From: Craspedostauros australis
Taxonomy: Eukaryota
Assembly (NCBI GenBank): GCA_030167865.1
Contig: JALAGF010004526.1
Coordinates: forward strand, 1 to 64,000
Direction: 5' to 3'
DNA length: 64,000 bases
Positions 24,380 through 37,400 of this stretch are shown piece after piece; positions within the stretch are counted from its first letter, which is position 1, and every line of letters begins with the position of its first letter. A program made the translations under genes and the position numbers. The notes beneath the pieces were generated by a model. It was not told where the DNA came from, searched no databases, and was given only the letters and a program-made list of their open reading frames with translations.

Positions 24380-26900
24380 GTCGTAGCAACGGTTGGAGGA
24401 AGAAGGGAATTGGTGTGCTCGATTGGCAATCTTCTCTTCGTATCGAATGTGATAGTAGTCGTACTCAACTCTCTGCTCTATCTCAAGTCTTGTTGGCTCT
24501 GTCCTGATTGCTCGCCTGATGTGGCCTTGTTTTATCCTGAATTGGCGCCTGTGCTTCTGGTGGATTTGCCACCAACAAAACCACGAAAAATCCAAGGAGG
24601 ACGCACAATACTTGCGATATTAGACATTTTATCGGACATTATGCCGCATTGTTCGATTTTGGATTCACTTTGATCGTACTTTGGTTAGCAGTTGGGCACA
24701 TGTCGGACATCGTGTATTTCGGCGTCATCCAATGTTGGTCCTACATAATGTCCGTTAGCACGTTCGATGAATATCTGTTCGAGAGGAGATCCTTGGTTTC
24801 GAACTGCTGACCAAAGTAGGATGTGTTTCATGATTTCCGCCACAACATCAACAGCACCATCATCATCTGATGTGTTGATTGATAGGAGTTCTCTGTGTGG
24901 CCAACTGTACTATGTCTGAGGGAACGCACGTTGCCACCGCACCAATGATTGCGTAGAATGATGCTGTACCACAATCAATCCAACACAAGCAATTCAAGTG
25001 AAACACAAAACGTCATACAATCGGACCGTGGTTTTGCCGGACCAAAAATGTCTTGACACAACACAGAGGAAATGTCAAGTCATACCGTACCCGCACAATG
25101 CTTGTATCATGTTTGAGTGAACCACACAACAGCCATTGCATCAGTGGTTGGGGGAATGTCACTGTGACTGTCATGGCACTATCATCTGCGGAAGCGCAGT
25201 TGTCCATGTAAACAGGCAACAACGACACCTGCGGGTGGAACATCTTGTGCGACTGAGGACTGCAAAGCACACAACAGTGGTTGCGAAGGAACCAGCCCGC
25301 TGCCGTGTCCATCGCAGTGTCTTGTAAGATGACTGTCGTCCTACTGTTTCACCAGAATACTATGGATCATGTCAAGAGTACAGCATTGCTGGAGAGGTGT
25401 TGCTCGCGGTTTCGTTCGCAGTCGTACCGCAACTGTAGTTGCCTGGTGATACATCTGTCTGGAAATCGATGTTGCTTGTGATGTCGTGGATGATAGATGT
25501 TGCACGAAACTCCATGTCTGGTATTTGTATGATATCGCCCAGTACACAGACACGTACGCAGTTCAGCCCTTCCTGGGCTACCCCCGTTCTGCGCCGAAAT
25601 GACATGCGCAAATCGTGATCGCCCACCACTGCAGACCTATGACTATTGACAGAAAACAATGCAAACTACCTGGTCGTAAAGATAAAGCACTTCTACTTCT
25701 TTTGGTGCACCACGACTACCATCGAATATCAAACCGCAAGAGAATGCCAGATTCTGCTCAACCTTGTGTGATGGCGAGATGTGAATGGTTAATTGTTGTG
25801 CTTGCTTGGTGTGGAACAAAACGGACATGTCTCACGCAAGGACAACTCATTTGCTACCGCGAGGATGATGAACATCGCTGCTTCGTTGATGTTGTGTATG
25901 TAGGCATGTTTCCGCACAAGACAGACACAAGTGCGTTGTTGTGGCAAACAGTCACGTCGCCATGAGGTCCAGTCGACGTCGTACGACGTTGGTCGGACCA
26001 GCATGCACAGCAAGCCAACATACATCCGACGTCAGTATGCAATCAGCCGACAAACATCATACATTGGTATGATGTATGTCTGACATGTGAATGACGTAAT
26101 TGACATTTTTGCTAGGAGTAAGGCTAATCACACCAATTTAGACACCCCCTGTAGAGATAACTATAATATTAATGGCAACAAAAGCACCATTACGTGATAG
26201 GGGAGGCCTCCTTTGGTTATTCTATGTGTCTAGTTGCGAACTAATCATACTAAGTGACCGCAGAGGGGGGTGGCAAGTTGCGCCTTCGAAACGTGGAAAA
26301 AACCTGTCACCGCAATGTCATACATTGCGGTAACATTGGTCTGACATTGGTCAAACATTGATCGGACGTCAGATGACGTAGGTTGGTTGTTGAGATGACA
26401 TGATCCGACGGAGGTACGACTTTGGTCGGATGTTGCAACGACATCGTCTTCCCCAAGCAGGGTGTTGGAAAGGCGCGGCACACCAACATCACACACACAT
26501 CCAAGAAACACGAAGCAGCAGACAGCCAGTATCCCACAACGCGTGGATGAACTTGACACCGGCTCGATGGTAACGGACAGAAGTGGTGGTCGCTGTACGA
26601 ACTGGTGTCGGCGAAGAATGACCGTATTTCTGTACATTGATGTGCTAAGTTGGAATTTTGTTCGCAGATGTACGACTACGAGACATTTGTCATGGTCACA
26701 ACATTTGCTTGTGACAACAATTATTTCCATTGCGTGTATCTCCGCTACCATCAATGCCCACACATATTCACCATCAGCAAGGAACAAATTATGTGACGGA
26801 CATGTTTGTTCGGCACTACAACGTGGTGCGCTTGTTTTGCCTGTTACGTGTGATGTGGTGTGTGTTAGCAACAAGACCTGCTCAGACGCACTTTCCCATG

Positions 26901-26948
26901 NNNNNNNNNNNNNNNNNNNNNNNNNNNNNNNNNNNNNNNNNNNNNNNN
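26901..26948. other. Assembly gap (N run)
   Basis: 48 N bases. Confidence 0.99.
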
Positions 26949-27161
26949 GCCACAGGGAATCTACGAACATTTGCTGCGCCTGTGAATCAGTGACAGTCTC
27001 GAGCAATTACGACCACAGCCAACGATTATACGTGACAAAAGGGGTATCAGGATAGAGTGGAACCCGTCGTGCTTCACATATCTTGTGATTTGGAACACAA
27101 CTCATCAATTGGTGATTGCATGCAGAAAGGGTATTGCATTTCTGTCACGGCATCTCTCTCT

Positions 27162-27273
27162 NNNNNNNNNNNNNNNNNNNNNNNNNNNNNNNNNNNNNNN
27201 NNNNNNNNNNNNNNNNNNNNNNNNNNNNNNNNNNNNNNNNNNNNNNNNNNNNNNNNNNNNNNNNNNNNNNNNN
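27162..27273. other. Assembly gap (N run)
   Basis: 112 N bases. Confidence 0.99.
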
Positions 27274-28499
27274 TGCAGCGCAAGTTATTCCACATTTATA
27301 GTAGTTTCAATACCACGATCAATGTTGACCGATCCGGGTGGTGCCTTACATGTCCAGCATTCGAAGATAGAACTCTGATTGCAAACATCTTCGACGCTAT
27401 CGACATCATGAATCGCATAGATGTCTTGATTACTTGTTTCCGACCAGTGGCCAGCCTTGAAGCAGGCATCTCACATTCACTGGCATGCTTCTTATTCCAT
27501 TCAACGATGTCAATTGTTGGAAGAAGTGCGGATGTAGCAATGAGAAGGAGGCCATTGATGCTCATTGATATCCAGTATACTCTACGATAAGAAGTTCAGG
27601 TGATTTTATGGTGGACGAACATACGATGGAAGTATGCTTTTGACATGGAGCAGTGCAACCGAGTGCATGCCTAAGTACGATGTACACTTTTGTGCTAATC
27701 AAACTCGAGACTGCATTTTCAGAAGTCTACCCTTGTGTCTACTTTGGGTAGACATTGGTCGTCTGTCGTGCATACGTCAGGTTCTTGAGCACACCACAGT
27801 GTTCTGTGTGATTTCCAACTATTGTGCGTCCTCCAAGCCCTGGAGCACAAACACAAAGAAACAACTCTCTGTGGTGGGAACAGATCGCGGGGCAGGTTTC
27901 GAAGATTTCGCCCGCTCTGTCCTCTGATGAAGCAGACCGAAGACGTGGGAGAGCACCTTGGCACAACCACCCAAAACCAATTGACCAATCAATCAATCAA
28001 CCACACCAATCCAATCCAATCTATCAGCCTTTGATCTCCAAGACTCGTGCCATCGCTCGCACTAGTATATGCCACATGCAGCGATCGGCATTCCATACAT
28101 TACTCGATCACCTTTTTGTGACTTCGGAGCAAACGCAACCATAATTTCGTTCACTGGAGGTGGACGTGGAACCGAAACCCACACATTTGAAAGAGAGAAG
28201 GAAGGAAGCGAGGAAGCAAGCAGAACCGGCCGGAACCGCAGATAGAGAGAGAGTGCGAGAGAGGGAGAGCATTCATTCTGGCACTCGTTACCAGCGAGAT
28301 CAAGGTCAACACTCAGCACGTCAAAGCTCGAGATTCGTCCTTTGAAATTGCGCTCTCGATCTGCAGATCCTCACGGACACACACAGAGAGGCGGAGAGCT
28401 GCGGTACCAAAGCTGCGCGTAGCCGCAGGGAGAGGAAGACACAAGCAGCGAGAGATCAAGGCAGGGAGTACCACGAGACAGGAAAAGAGCAATCATACG

Positions 28500-31400
28500 A
28501 TGGCTGGAACCAAGCGTCGCAGAGGATCGTCCAAATCTTCCCCCCGAGGGGCATCCGCAAGGTGAGCGCGGATGGAAGCACTGTGTTGATGTTCGCAAGA
28601 TACCTTGGTGCTTGCTTTCGTCTGATTCAACCCTTTCCAAAAGTGAGAGAGGTACTTCATGAGTTCGTACCGATGGCTACTACCTTGATTCCTGCAATGC
28701 TCCTCATTCGCTCACATCTTCCATGTCATTCTTCGAGCACAACCGCTCTGAACCATGTGCCATACAACGTACGCTATACACTCTGCCATACGCTATCCCT
28801 TCGCAGCCAGAGAAGCACGCCGGATGCTGCTGTGGGGGATGCTGTCGCCAAGAACAGCGACCTCGAAGTGGCGATGGAAACGTTGGCGTTTCTGCTGCAC
28901 CAAACCCAGTCAGAGCAAAAGTCGTTGGGACTTCTTCAGGCATTTGCAGACAATCCATGCAGCTTGCTGAACAGCGACGCTGAAGGAGTCCATCCTGGAT
29001 CGTTACCGGATGATTGCGGTTGGCTGGTTCTTGCAGTCCAGATCATGAACCATCTTCTCCCACTCGTCAAAAACAACGAAGATTCCGCACCACTTGCATG
29101 CTTGTTGACCGCATATGCGCACTGTGTCGGAAGCGTGCTGCGAAGCGACGAGCACAAACTTGAACGGGCGACTGCGGGTTCATCTCCGAGCAGGAGTATC
29201 CTCGGACGCTGCGTCATGACAACCGTGGCGGCATGTTCCACGGCCTTGGATAGGTTCACGCAGCTGAGGCCAGACGTGGACACTGTTGGCAACGCGGAAC
29301 AACAGGTCCGCTGCCAAATGTTGTGCATGGCTTCTAGTACAATGGCGTCGCTGTGCCACCTGCACGCAGCTCCGAAGCCAAAGTCGCAACAGGTGGCGAG
29401 CAACGAGACGCTTTCGTGGGCGATCCCGACGGATACGCGCGCGTTGGCGAATGTGATATCCAGTTCGAACACCTGCCTGTCGCTGCATGAGAACATCACG
29501 AAATGCTTTCAACATCTCAAATCAAAGCCACACACTGCGTCTTCCTCAACAGCCATTCTCGCCGTTCCATCGACCGAGTCGCCGCAATCCTCAAATCAAA
29601 GCCCAATGAAGGAGACTGGAGATTCAGCTGCGACAGCTGAGACCACAGCATCGCCGATAGCGCAAGGGAGCGATCCTCCTGCGAAGAGGACCCGGAGAAC
29701 CAGGGCCAAATCCTTCAGAGCCGACGGCAAGTTCAACGCCGCCACAAAGGCTCAATTCCATGCAACGGAGGAGAAATTCCGAAGCATGTTGGATGTCCAC
29801 AACATTCGGATCGATGGCCGCAGCACGGCAAAGAAATGGCCGGCGGCCACTTTGGCTTGGATGAGCCAGGGCGAGAACCGCATCGCCCAGATCCTGCGGA
29901 GACTCATCGAAACGCAAGAGAGCTGGTTCGCCGCGTTCGCGAGCAGCGGCTTGCCGGTGCTCGGTCAACGCGCGATTCTCGTGGTTTGCTGCGATTTGGC
30001 GATGCTCTTCGCGGAGGAGACCTCTAGCTCTGGCAAGGCAGCCGGGGGTGGAGTAGAGCAGTACTTGAAGGCCATCGTGGGCGGGGAACGAATCACGAAG
30101 ACGAAGAAAGTCGACAACCCGGCCATCGCGGAAGTGGCGATGCTGCTCATTTGTGAGATGGTGAGGTTGGAAGCAAGGTATCGATCGGCAATTGCACCAA
30201 GCGATCCAATCATCCGGAACCTGCACACATCATGCGGCAAGCCGGATCTGGTGGCAGCCATCAACGCAATCTCCGAGGGTGTCGCTGGTCTCGTGAAAAC
30301 TGCGCAGAGAGCTGTGTATTCAGAATCCTTGTTGAACTGGGGCGCGGCATGGGTTTTGAGCTCCACGGCTACCTCCAAGACGCACGTCAATCCGGAGCTC
30401 CTTTCCTTCGCTCTCGATCATCTGGAAACATCCATCATGCTGCTGGAAAGCTCGAAAGCTCCCAGCGCCAAGAAAGGGCAGCGGAATCTGATAGAGGAGT
30501 TGCGTCTCAACACCCCGCTCCAAGTCCCATCGCCAAGCGTGGTTGTTGCTTCGCCCGGCAAGAAGTCTAAAACTGCAAAGCGCACAAGAAAGCAAAGCAA
30601 AACAGACGTCGTGGCTGATCGAGTATCCCTCTTCGCTGCACAAGATTCCCTTCGGCGGGAGTCACACTTCGCTCTCTTCATCCGGGCCTTTGCAACGGAG
30701 ACATCACGAAACATCGCACCGGCACCAGCGACCCCCACGAAGACGAAGACCAAGGCGAAGGGCAAGGGCAAGGGCAAGGTGAAAGCAGAACCACCAATGG
30801 CCGACAGCGAGGCAAGATCAGCAGACGATGCAATCATTGCGATGTATTCAACGATCCTTGGTGTTATTGAATCTGCAAGCGGGTACAACGGAGCATTGTC
30901 CTTCTCGAGCGACAATGCTCTGAGTGACGGAGATGGCGCAAGCATAGCGGCAAAGGGCAAGGCAGGATCTCCAAGTCTGCGCAACCGAAAGCGAGCGAAG
31001 ATCGAACAACCATCGAGCGCTAGAACGGCGGAGGCAACACTGATGACCATGACAGAGCAACGGACGCAACTCGTAACGTCTGCATTGAATGCTCTTCTTG
31101 ACTGCCTCATGATCGGCAGTTCCGAAGAATCGTGCTTCAGACAGCTCATGCAGTCGGCGTTCGGTCTGCCTCTCGTCAGGCGTTTCCTTCGATTTGGCAC
31201 GCACGCTGATTCGGTCATAATCCGCGGCCATTTGAATGATCGGCGAAAGGCACAGCCTGGTTCGGTAGATGAAGGACGTGCCGTCGGAGGCCTGAAAATG
31301 CAAGCGCAAACAGCGACAGTCGCGGTGGATGACGGCGCACCTGGGGATTGCATATCGCATGGAATCAAGATGGTGTGGTCCATGTTGATCAACATATGCC

Positions 31401-34400
31401 AAGTCCTGGGACGAGGCAACACGGCCACCAACCTGATACAGATGGTCATGCGAACTGCAAGTCGCACCATGGCTGACGACGTCGATACAAGGACCGCATT
31501 TTATTCCTACTTCATCGACTCGGACAACACGGCTGAGCCACCTGCCAAACGCAGCTGGGGGCTGTCCCTGCCGATCCCACACCAAGTGATGTTGTTGGCC
31601 CGATTGAGCGCCAATCCAATCTCAGGCTTGTTGGATGATATTGCCCCAGAAGCCAACATCATCGAGGGCTACAGAACGAAGATCGAGGGACACGTATCAC
31701 ATCTCCTCCGCGTGCCTTCTGGTGATGCCATGATGGACGGCGGCGGCGATGACGACTACAATATTCATGAATCTGCCAACGGCTCAAACATGACCCCTCT
31801 GTCACGTTTGGATGCACAGATCTTCATCATGCTATTTTTGAAGTTGCCACGAAGTGACCAGCTCGTCGTTCTGCGCGAATTTATCGAAAGCGCGTCGGGA
31901 TCGTTTTCCCACTTCACAGCGTGGCTGGAGCAGCGGCAGGAGCCCGTCACCGATGGTTCAGTGGCTTCGTTCCTCTCCCGACTGCTGATAACTTTGGCCA
32001 CAATGGTGGATGCTGTGGCCATGGGAGACAAATTCAGAGAAACTTTTGCGAATGCTATCAGTGGAATCTCGTTCTCAGTCCCGTCCATCGTTCCATCGCA
32101 AGCGTCTCATTGCAGTGACAATCGCTACAGCAGTCTGTGCGGTCGGTGGGATGCTCCTTGGCTAGCAGATGTCACCATGTCACGCATTTCCATCAGTGGC
32201 AACATCGTGACCGCCTGGAAGGATCTGCTGCAGCAAGCATTCGCAGCAGGCTTCACGACATCGCAGAGTGACGATTGCCAGCTGCTGTATACCTCATGGA
32301 GCATGATGGGGAAAATTGAGAATCAGACAAGGAAGTCACACACGGAGACCCAGTTGCCGCCGGCGCCACTTAGAACACCCTTCTGCCTCAAGGACCCCTC
32401 AGTCCACATCTTGGAACTGAGGGAAGACATCTGCTCCATCTTCACAATGTTGCAAAGAAGAACAACCGCTCCGAGCAGATTGAAAGCCTTCATTCAGAGC
32501 CTCACGAAGAATGCAGAAAGTATGCTGGATTCGGTGTTGAAGAACGAGGAGCGGATGCTGCAATCGGAACAGCCTGGGTTATTCTTTTCCTTGCTCTCTG
32601 CACTGTCCGTGGCACTATCTGCAGCGGCCGCAGCATGCACCACCACCGGTAGTCTTGCAGGCACATCCACTTCGAACAGCATGTCCGCCGCCCGAGCACT
32701 GCTGGGACAAGCCGGGATTTTCACCAGCGAAACTGATTACGGGAACATTTTGGACGATGCCGAGCCTTCCCAGTCCCTGAGCACTGTCGACGAAAGCAAA
32801 CCAGAATCGACCCGCTTACGGGCATTCTGCGGCAAATATGGCAGCGCACCAACGCATCCAGACTACTTGGACATTTCCTGCAAGTTGCGAGAGGGAATCA
32901 GCAAGACTGAGGCTGTCAACATCGCCGAGCTGGCGTTGCGATGTCAAACGAAGCTGGCTTCAACTGCAGTGCAACAGATGAAGCAGATGCAGAAAAATAT
33001 CATCGCGGCTGCGAGCATTCAAGCTGCCAGCTCAGGCAGCCAAGACAAGAGAGAAGATATGGAAAGTGTCGTCGCCGCGTTGCTGCGATGGTCTTCTGAC
33101 CACCATCCCGCGCATCCGGGCGTACCACAAGACTGGATCAAGCTCGTGGCGGAATGCACCGGGTTGGAGTATGACGCGATCAGGCGTCTCCCGCGTGACC
33201 GAGAAGCTCCCGATCTCGCATCAATCAAGAACAACTGGGGCCAGCATGCATCACAACAGCTCCGAGGCAGTCTCCAAAAGCTAATCCACCAGAGCAAGGA
33301 ATGGAACGTCTCGGCAGCGGAGCTGAGAGCCTGTGGTGAGTGGGAACTGCTGCTCGCGGAAACGTTGGCAGTGTCCATTTATGGTGGTGCGGATCCTTCG
33401 CTGGCGCATTCTTCGAGCCCTAATTCTACCATGAGACAAACGTCGACGAAGCAGAAGCAGCCGGAAAAGAAACGAGCAAGGTCGGTCGCACGGATGGCAA
33501 CCGGATGGCATGTCGTGTGCACGTCCGCCGTGTCCAACCTGCTATCGGCATCTGCCTTGCTCCGTCTTGTGTTGGGCAAAGTCGGAAGACGGCCACACCC
33601 CGCCTTGTCCATGCAGGATTCAATTAGCGCCACCGATTTGTCGCAGTTCCGACAGAGCGAGTCATTTTCGGTAGCCATCCAGGTACCGATGTCAGTCAAG
33701 TTGACAATACCGACCACATGCACAACGCTGGCCACGCTGTGCACAGTGCTCCCCACCACTCTGACCCCTTTGTGCCATGCCGCAGCAAGCAACATTTTCC
33801 CGGAGTGGAACCACTTCGATCGCATCGAAAGCAGTTCCAAGCTGGCCTCCGCATTTGACGCAATCTCGTGGATTCAATCAACCATGCCTTCTGCCGACAG
33901 CAACGAAGCGATGGCTAAAGCTTCTGCGACATTGGTCGAGACGCTTTTGACAGTTGCGTTCCGCCGCGGGCTTGTCAGATCATCATCGTCGACAGAAACC
34001 GACCGAGAGAAGTACATTCCTCGGAAGCGTCTCCTATCCTGTCTTGGGACCAGCGACGGCATGACAGTTTGGACAATTGCCGATGCAGACACCCGAGAGT
34101 GGACAACGACGCTGCATACGCTGGACAAGCTCATTCCGGCCAAGCCTTCCCACGCATCAGGTGCCGGAAGGAAGAACGAACAGACATCAACTCCCTTACA
34201 TCATTCCGATCCTGTTTCTTTGCTTCTGGATATTATCATGTCAAGCAGGTCCACAACGACGCACACAAGTCGGGTGCTTGCCGCATGCATGATCACGAGC
34301 TGTTTGGAGGAGGAACAGGCAAACAGAACGGTGGCGGACCAGGGAGATCAAGCGAAGCAATCTCCGAATGGTGTGATTCCGATCAGACTGAAGTGTCTGG

Positions 34401-37400
34401 AGTACTTGAACAATATCGAAGGCAGCAGCATTGAGAAATGGTTGGTGGCAACCATCTGCAACGAGAATCAGCCGCAGCAGGACCTTGACCAACATCACGA
34501 TACCTCACGACTGCGCAAGTACATGCACGATGTCACCATGCTCTTGGCAATGCTGTTGGTGCCATTCCCTGGAAAACCAGATTTCCAACACGGCAATCGG
34601 ATTGCATCGGTCTTGCTGCGAACCATGGATGAATGGACTTTAACCCCCTTCGCTGAAAAGCGAGACGTGGCCTCGGTGACGTTCCTCTACTGCACGATGT
34701 ACGACAGGATCGCAGAACTGTTCCATAGTTTTGGCTCTCTCAAGGCCACCCTCGTGGCTTCCAAGACCGAGCCAAAGACAAGGCCCAAGGTGGTCAGGAT
34801 GGAAAAGATGAAGTACTTGGCCCACGCATTGACTTACTTCTGCAAGCTGAAAAACACGATGAGACACGTCAGTACAGGATCGGTACGCAAGAACCAGTCA
34901 CGTCAGACCATTGACGAAGCCGAAAGCACGGGGCAATGGCCGAACCCGTCGCACGCTCCAAACAAGAGCATCGAAGACATGAAACGTCACGCAACGTCGA
35001 AGGTCCCCAAGCTATGTTCGTTCAAATTGAAGAAAGGGTTCCACGGGCAGCACTGGTACAATTGCTACACGTGCGACCTCGTTTGGGACAAGGGGTGCTG
35101 CACGCTTTGCGCGGTGCTGTGCCACCAAGGCCACGACGTCTCCTATTCACGTTACAGTTCATTCTTCTGTGATTGCGGTGCCGATGATGGCGGGGTGTTG
35201 GAGACTTCTCGAGTTTCATGCCAATGCTTGTCGCCCGTCCCAGAAGGCGCATACAAAAGCTTGTTCGACATTGGCGACGAGGATGCGAACAGGGCAGCAG
35301 AGCCGCCTGCCATAGTCGACCACCTGGACGCCATAGTCGGAATCGCATCGATGCTGTCCAAGGAAAGCCACTCAACGATCGACATGTTGCTCAACCACAT
35401 CGACTTCGAGGCGATGAAGAAGCTCGTCTTTCCCATCTTCAAGGAGCATTTCCAGGAATGGCAGGCGCTCACGCCTCCACAGCAGTCCATGTCTCGTCTT
35501 GGCACGGATGTCCCAGCGAGCGTCACCGAACGGTCACAATCCGCTTTTATCAGCCTTCAGGCAAGAGTACGACACTCGGACAACACCCACCTCACGGCCA
35601 AGCTCTTGAATCCATGCGATTTCAAACTTCTTCTGCAAGTCTCGGGGTTCGAAGTGGATTCATTCCGTTCTCACGCATCCACTCTCTCACATGGCAAAGC
35701 CGCCACTCCGCTGAGTGCATTCGCTTTTGACAGCCGTGGACGCATGGCCCTGATCGGCACAACCTCTTTAATTTTCGCAAGCTTGTCTTCGTCTGTTCGC
35801 AGCAATGCAGGAGGCGAGGGCACGGCAAGCGAAAAGCTGCGCCGATATGGAGAAACTTGGTTACGACGAGAACATGTATCTATCCTGGGGGTTTCACAAC
35901 TCGCTTTCCAGGCAACCAGCGTCAGCATCTGCCCTTCGAACGAACGCCACCTCTTGATTTGGAACGCAAATTCGGCGAAATGCTGTGTGATCAAGCCGGG
36001 TTTTGACGGAGTCGAAGCCACTATTTCGTTGAAGGCCACCACGGCCGATGGTGACATACTGGAAGGCACTGTGCGTCAGTGTGAATGGATACCGCAGTCC
36101 CAATCGCACGTTGTGGTCTGTTTGGAGCATGCTCTGAGCCTCTTCGATCTGCGGCGGATTGACCGGGAGAACAACTGCTTCCCCGTATCGCAGTGGCAAG
36201 GCAAGTCAACTTCATCACTCGTTCGCATCGCAAACGTACCATCCAGCCACTCTTCCGACATGGGCGTGAGTGCCCAGAGTGGGCAGAACTTCAGTCGCAT
36301 GTACGCCCTGACGAATGAAGGTGCTCTGTTGGAGACTGTGATCAAAGTAACGAAGGATGGGAAGTTGGACACCGAGCTCCTGCAGACTCGGACAGAGGCT
36401 CAGCTGGGGGAGTCCATGATCGACAAGAATTCGATGGAGGTCGAGCTCGAAGATGCCAGCAGCGGCAGTATCGATGCTGTTCGTGGTACTGCCGATGGCA
36501 GCACAGCTCATGAAGGGGAGAAAAAGACGAGATGTTTCACTCTGCGATACTTGCAACAGAGCCGGCTGCTCCTGCAAGAGATGTCGGATTTGTCCATGCT
36601 GGCACACAGGCTCAGTGACGATGGCGCAATCTTAGATACTTTTGAATTCATCCCTGCGCAGGTGCCAGACGAAGGTGATGGCGAAGCGAAGCCCGGTGAG
36701 GATGTCACTGGCCCATTCACGCACTGGGTGGAGCTTGGTGTCGTCAAGCGCGATGAGCTTCGATATTTTCGTGCTTCATGCCTTGCGCGAACGTGTGCCA
36801 GGAAACGCGCAGTTCCACTTGTTGTCGAATTCAACGACCGTGAGATCCATATGCGCACAATACGTCCTGCGGTTTCAGACAAGCCTCACGGCAACCAAAG
36901 CAGCCATGGGCGTGACAACCGCAGCCACAACAACAGCCACATCGGGAGCGGAATCGCCGTTCCAACGTTAAGTCGAGACATGCGAAGAACGCGCAATGTG
37001 GAATCGCTGTACTGCCTGGGGGCATTCACTGTGCCCTCCGAAAAAGTGAACGCGTCGGGAGAAGCAACATATGATGATTGCCCTGTGCTGTGCGGCTACA
37101 GCGCCGACGGGACGTTGCTGTTGTTCGGAGAACAAACGCAGCATGACGAATGCGACGCGACCGGGCTCGTGAGAAGGAACGAAGATTTGCATCCAACCAA
37201 GCGAAGCAATCTGCAACAGGTCTACGAGCTCACAGCCTTTGAGAGGATGGAGAATATTTCAGAATCGAACATGTTGCAGTTCGGAGGACACGGCTTGGGC
37301 TGCGACCCTGGTGACCTCAAGCGACGGCTGCTCGCGCGGGATGGGTCACTCTTCCTCATGTGCCCCAACGTCAATGGCTGCACGTTCACGATATCGCTCT

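Larger units (their letters stand above)
24600..27900. mobile_element. Non-coding, palindrome-rich region; probable degenerate or non-autonomous DNA transposon remnants
   Basis: No credible ORF, lower GC, many TCGGAC/GTCCGA/ACAT motifs, several inverted repeats, a TA-flanked TIR-like end (GACACCCCCTG-TA at 26141-26153) and two assembly gaps. Confidence 0.45.

Noticed and set aside
26245-27590. ORFs spanning N gaps as a transposase
   Set aside because: They are open partly because of the Ns, and no DDE or other motif is recognisable.
24600-27900. Centromere candidate
   Set aside because: GC is only moderately reduced, not the strongly AT-rich tract described for diatom centromeres.
28562-28806. 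ORF-track N-terminus of the 4932 aa ORF
   Set aside because: It starts at a GTG that is a splice donor and is better explained as an intron.
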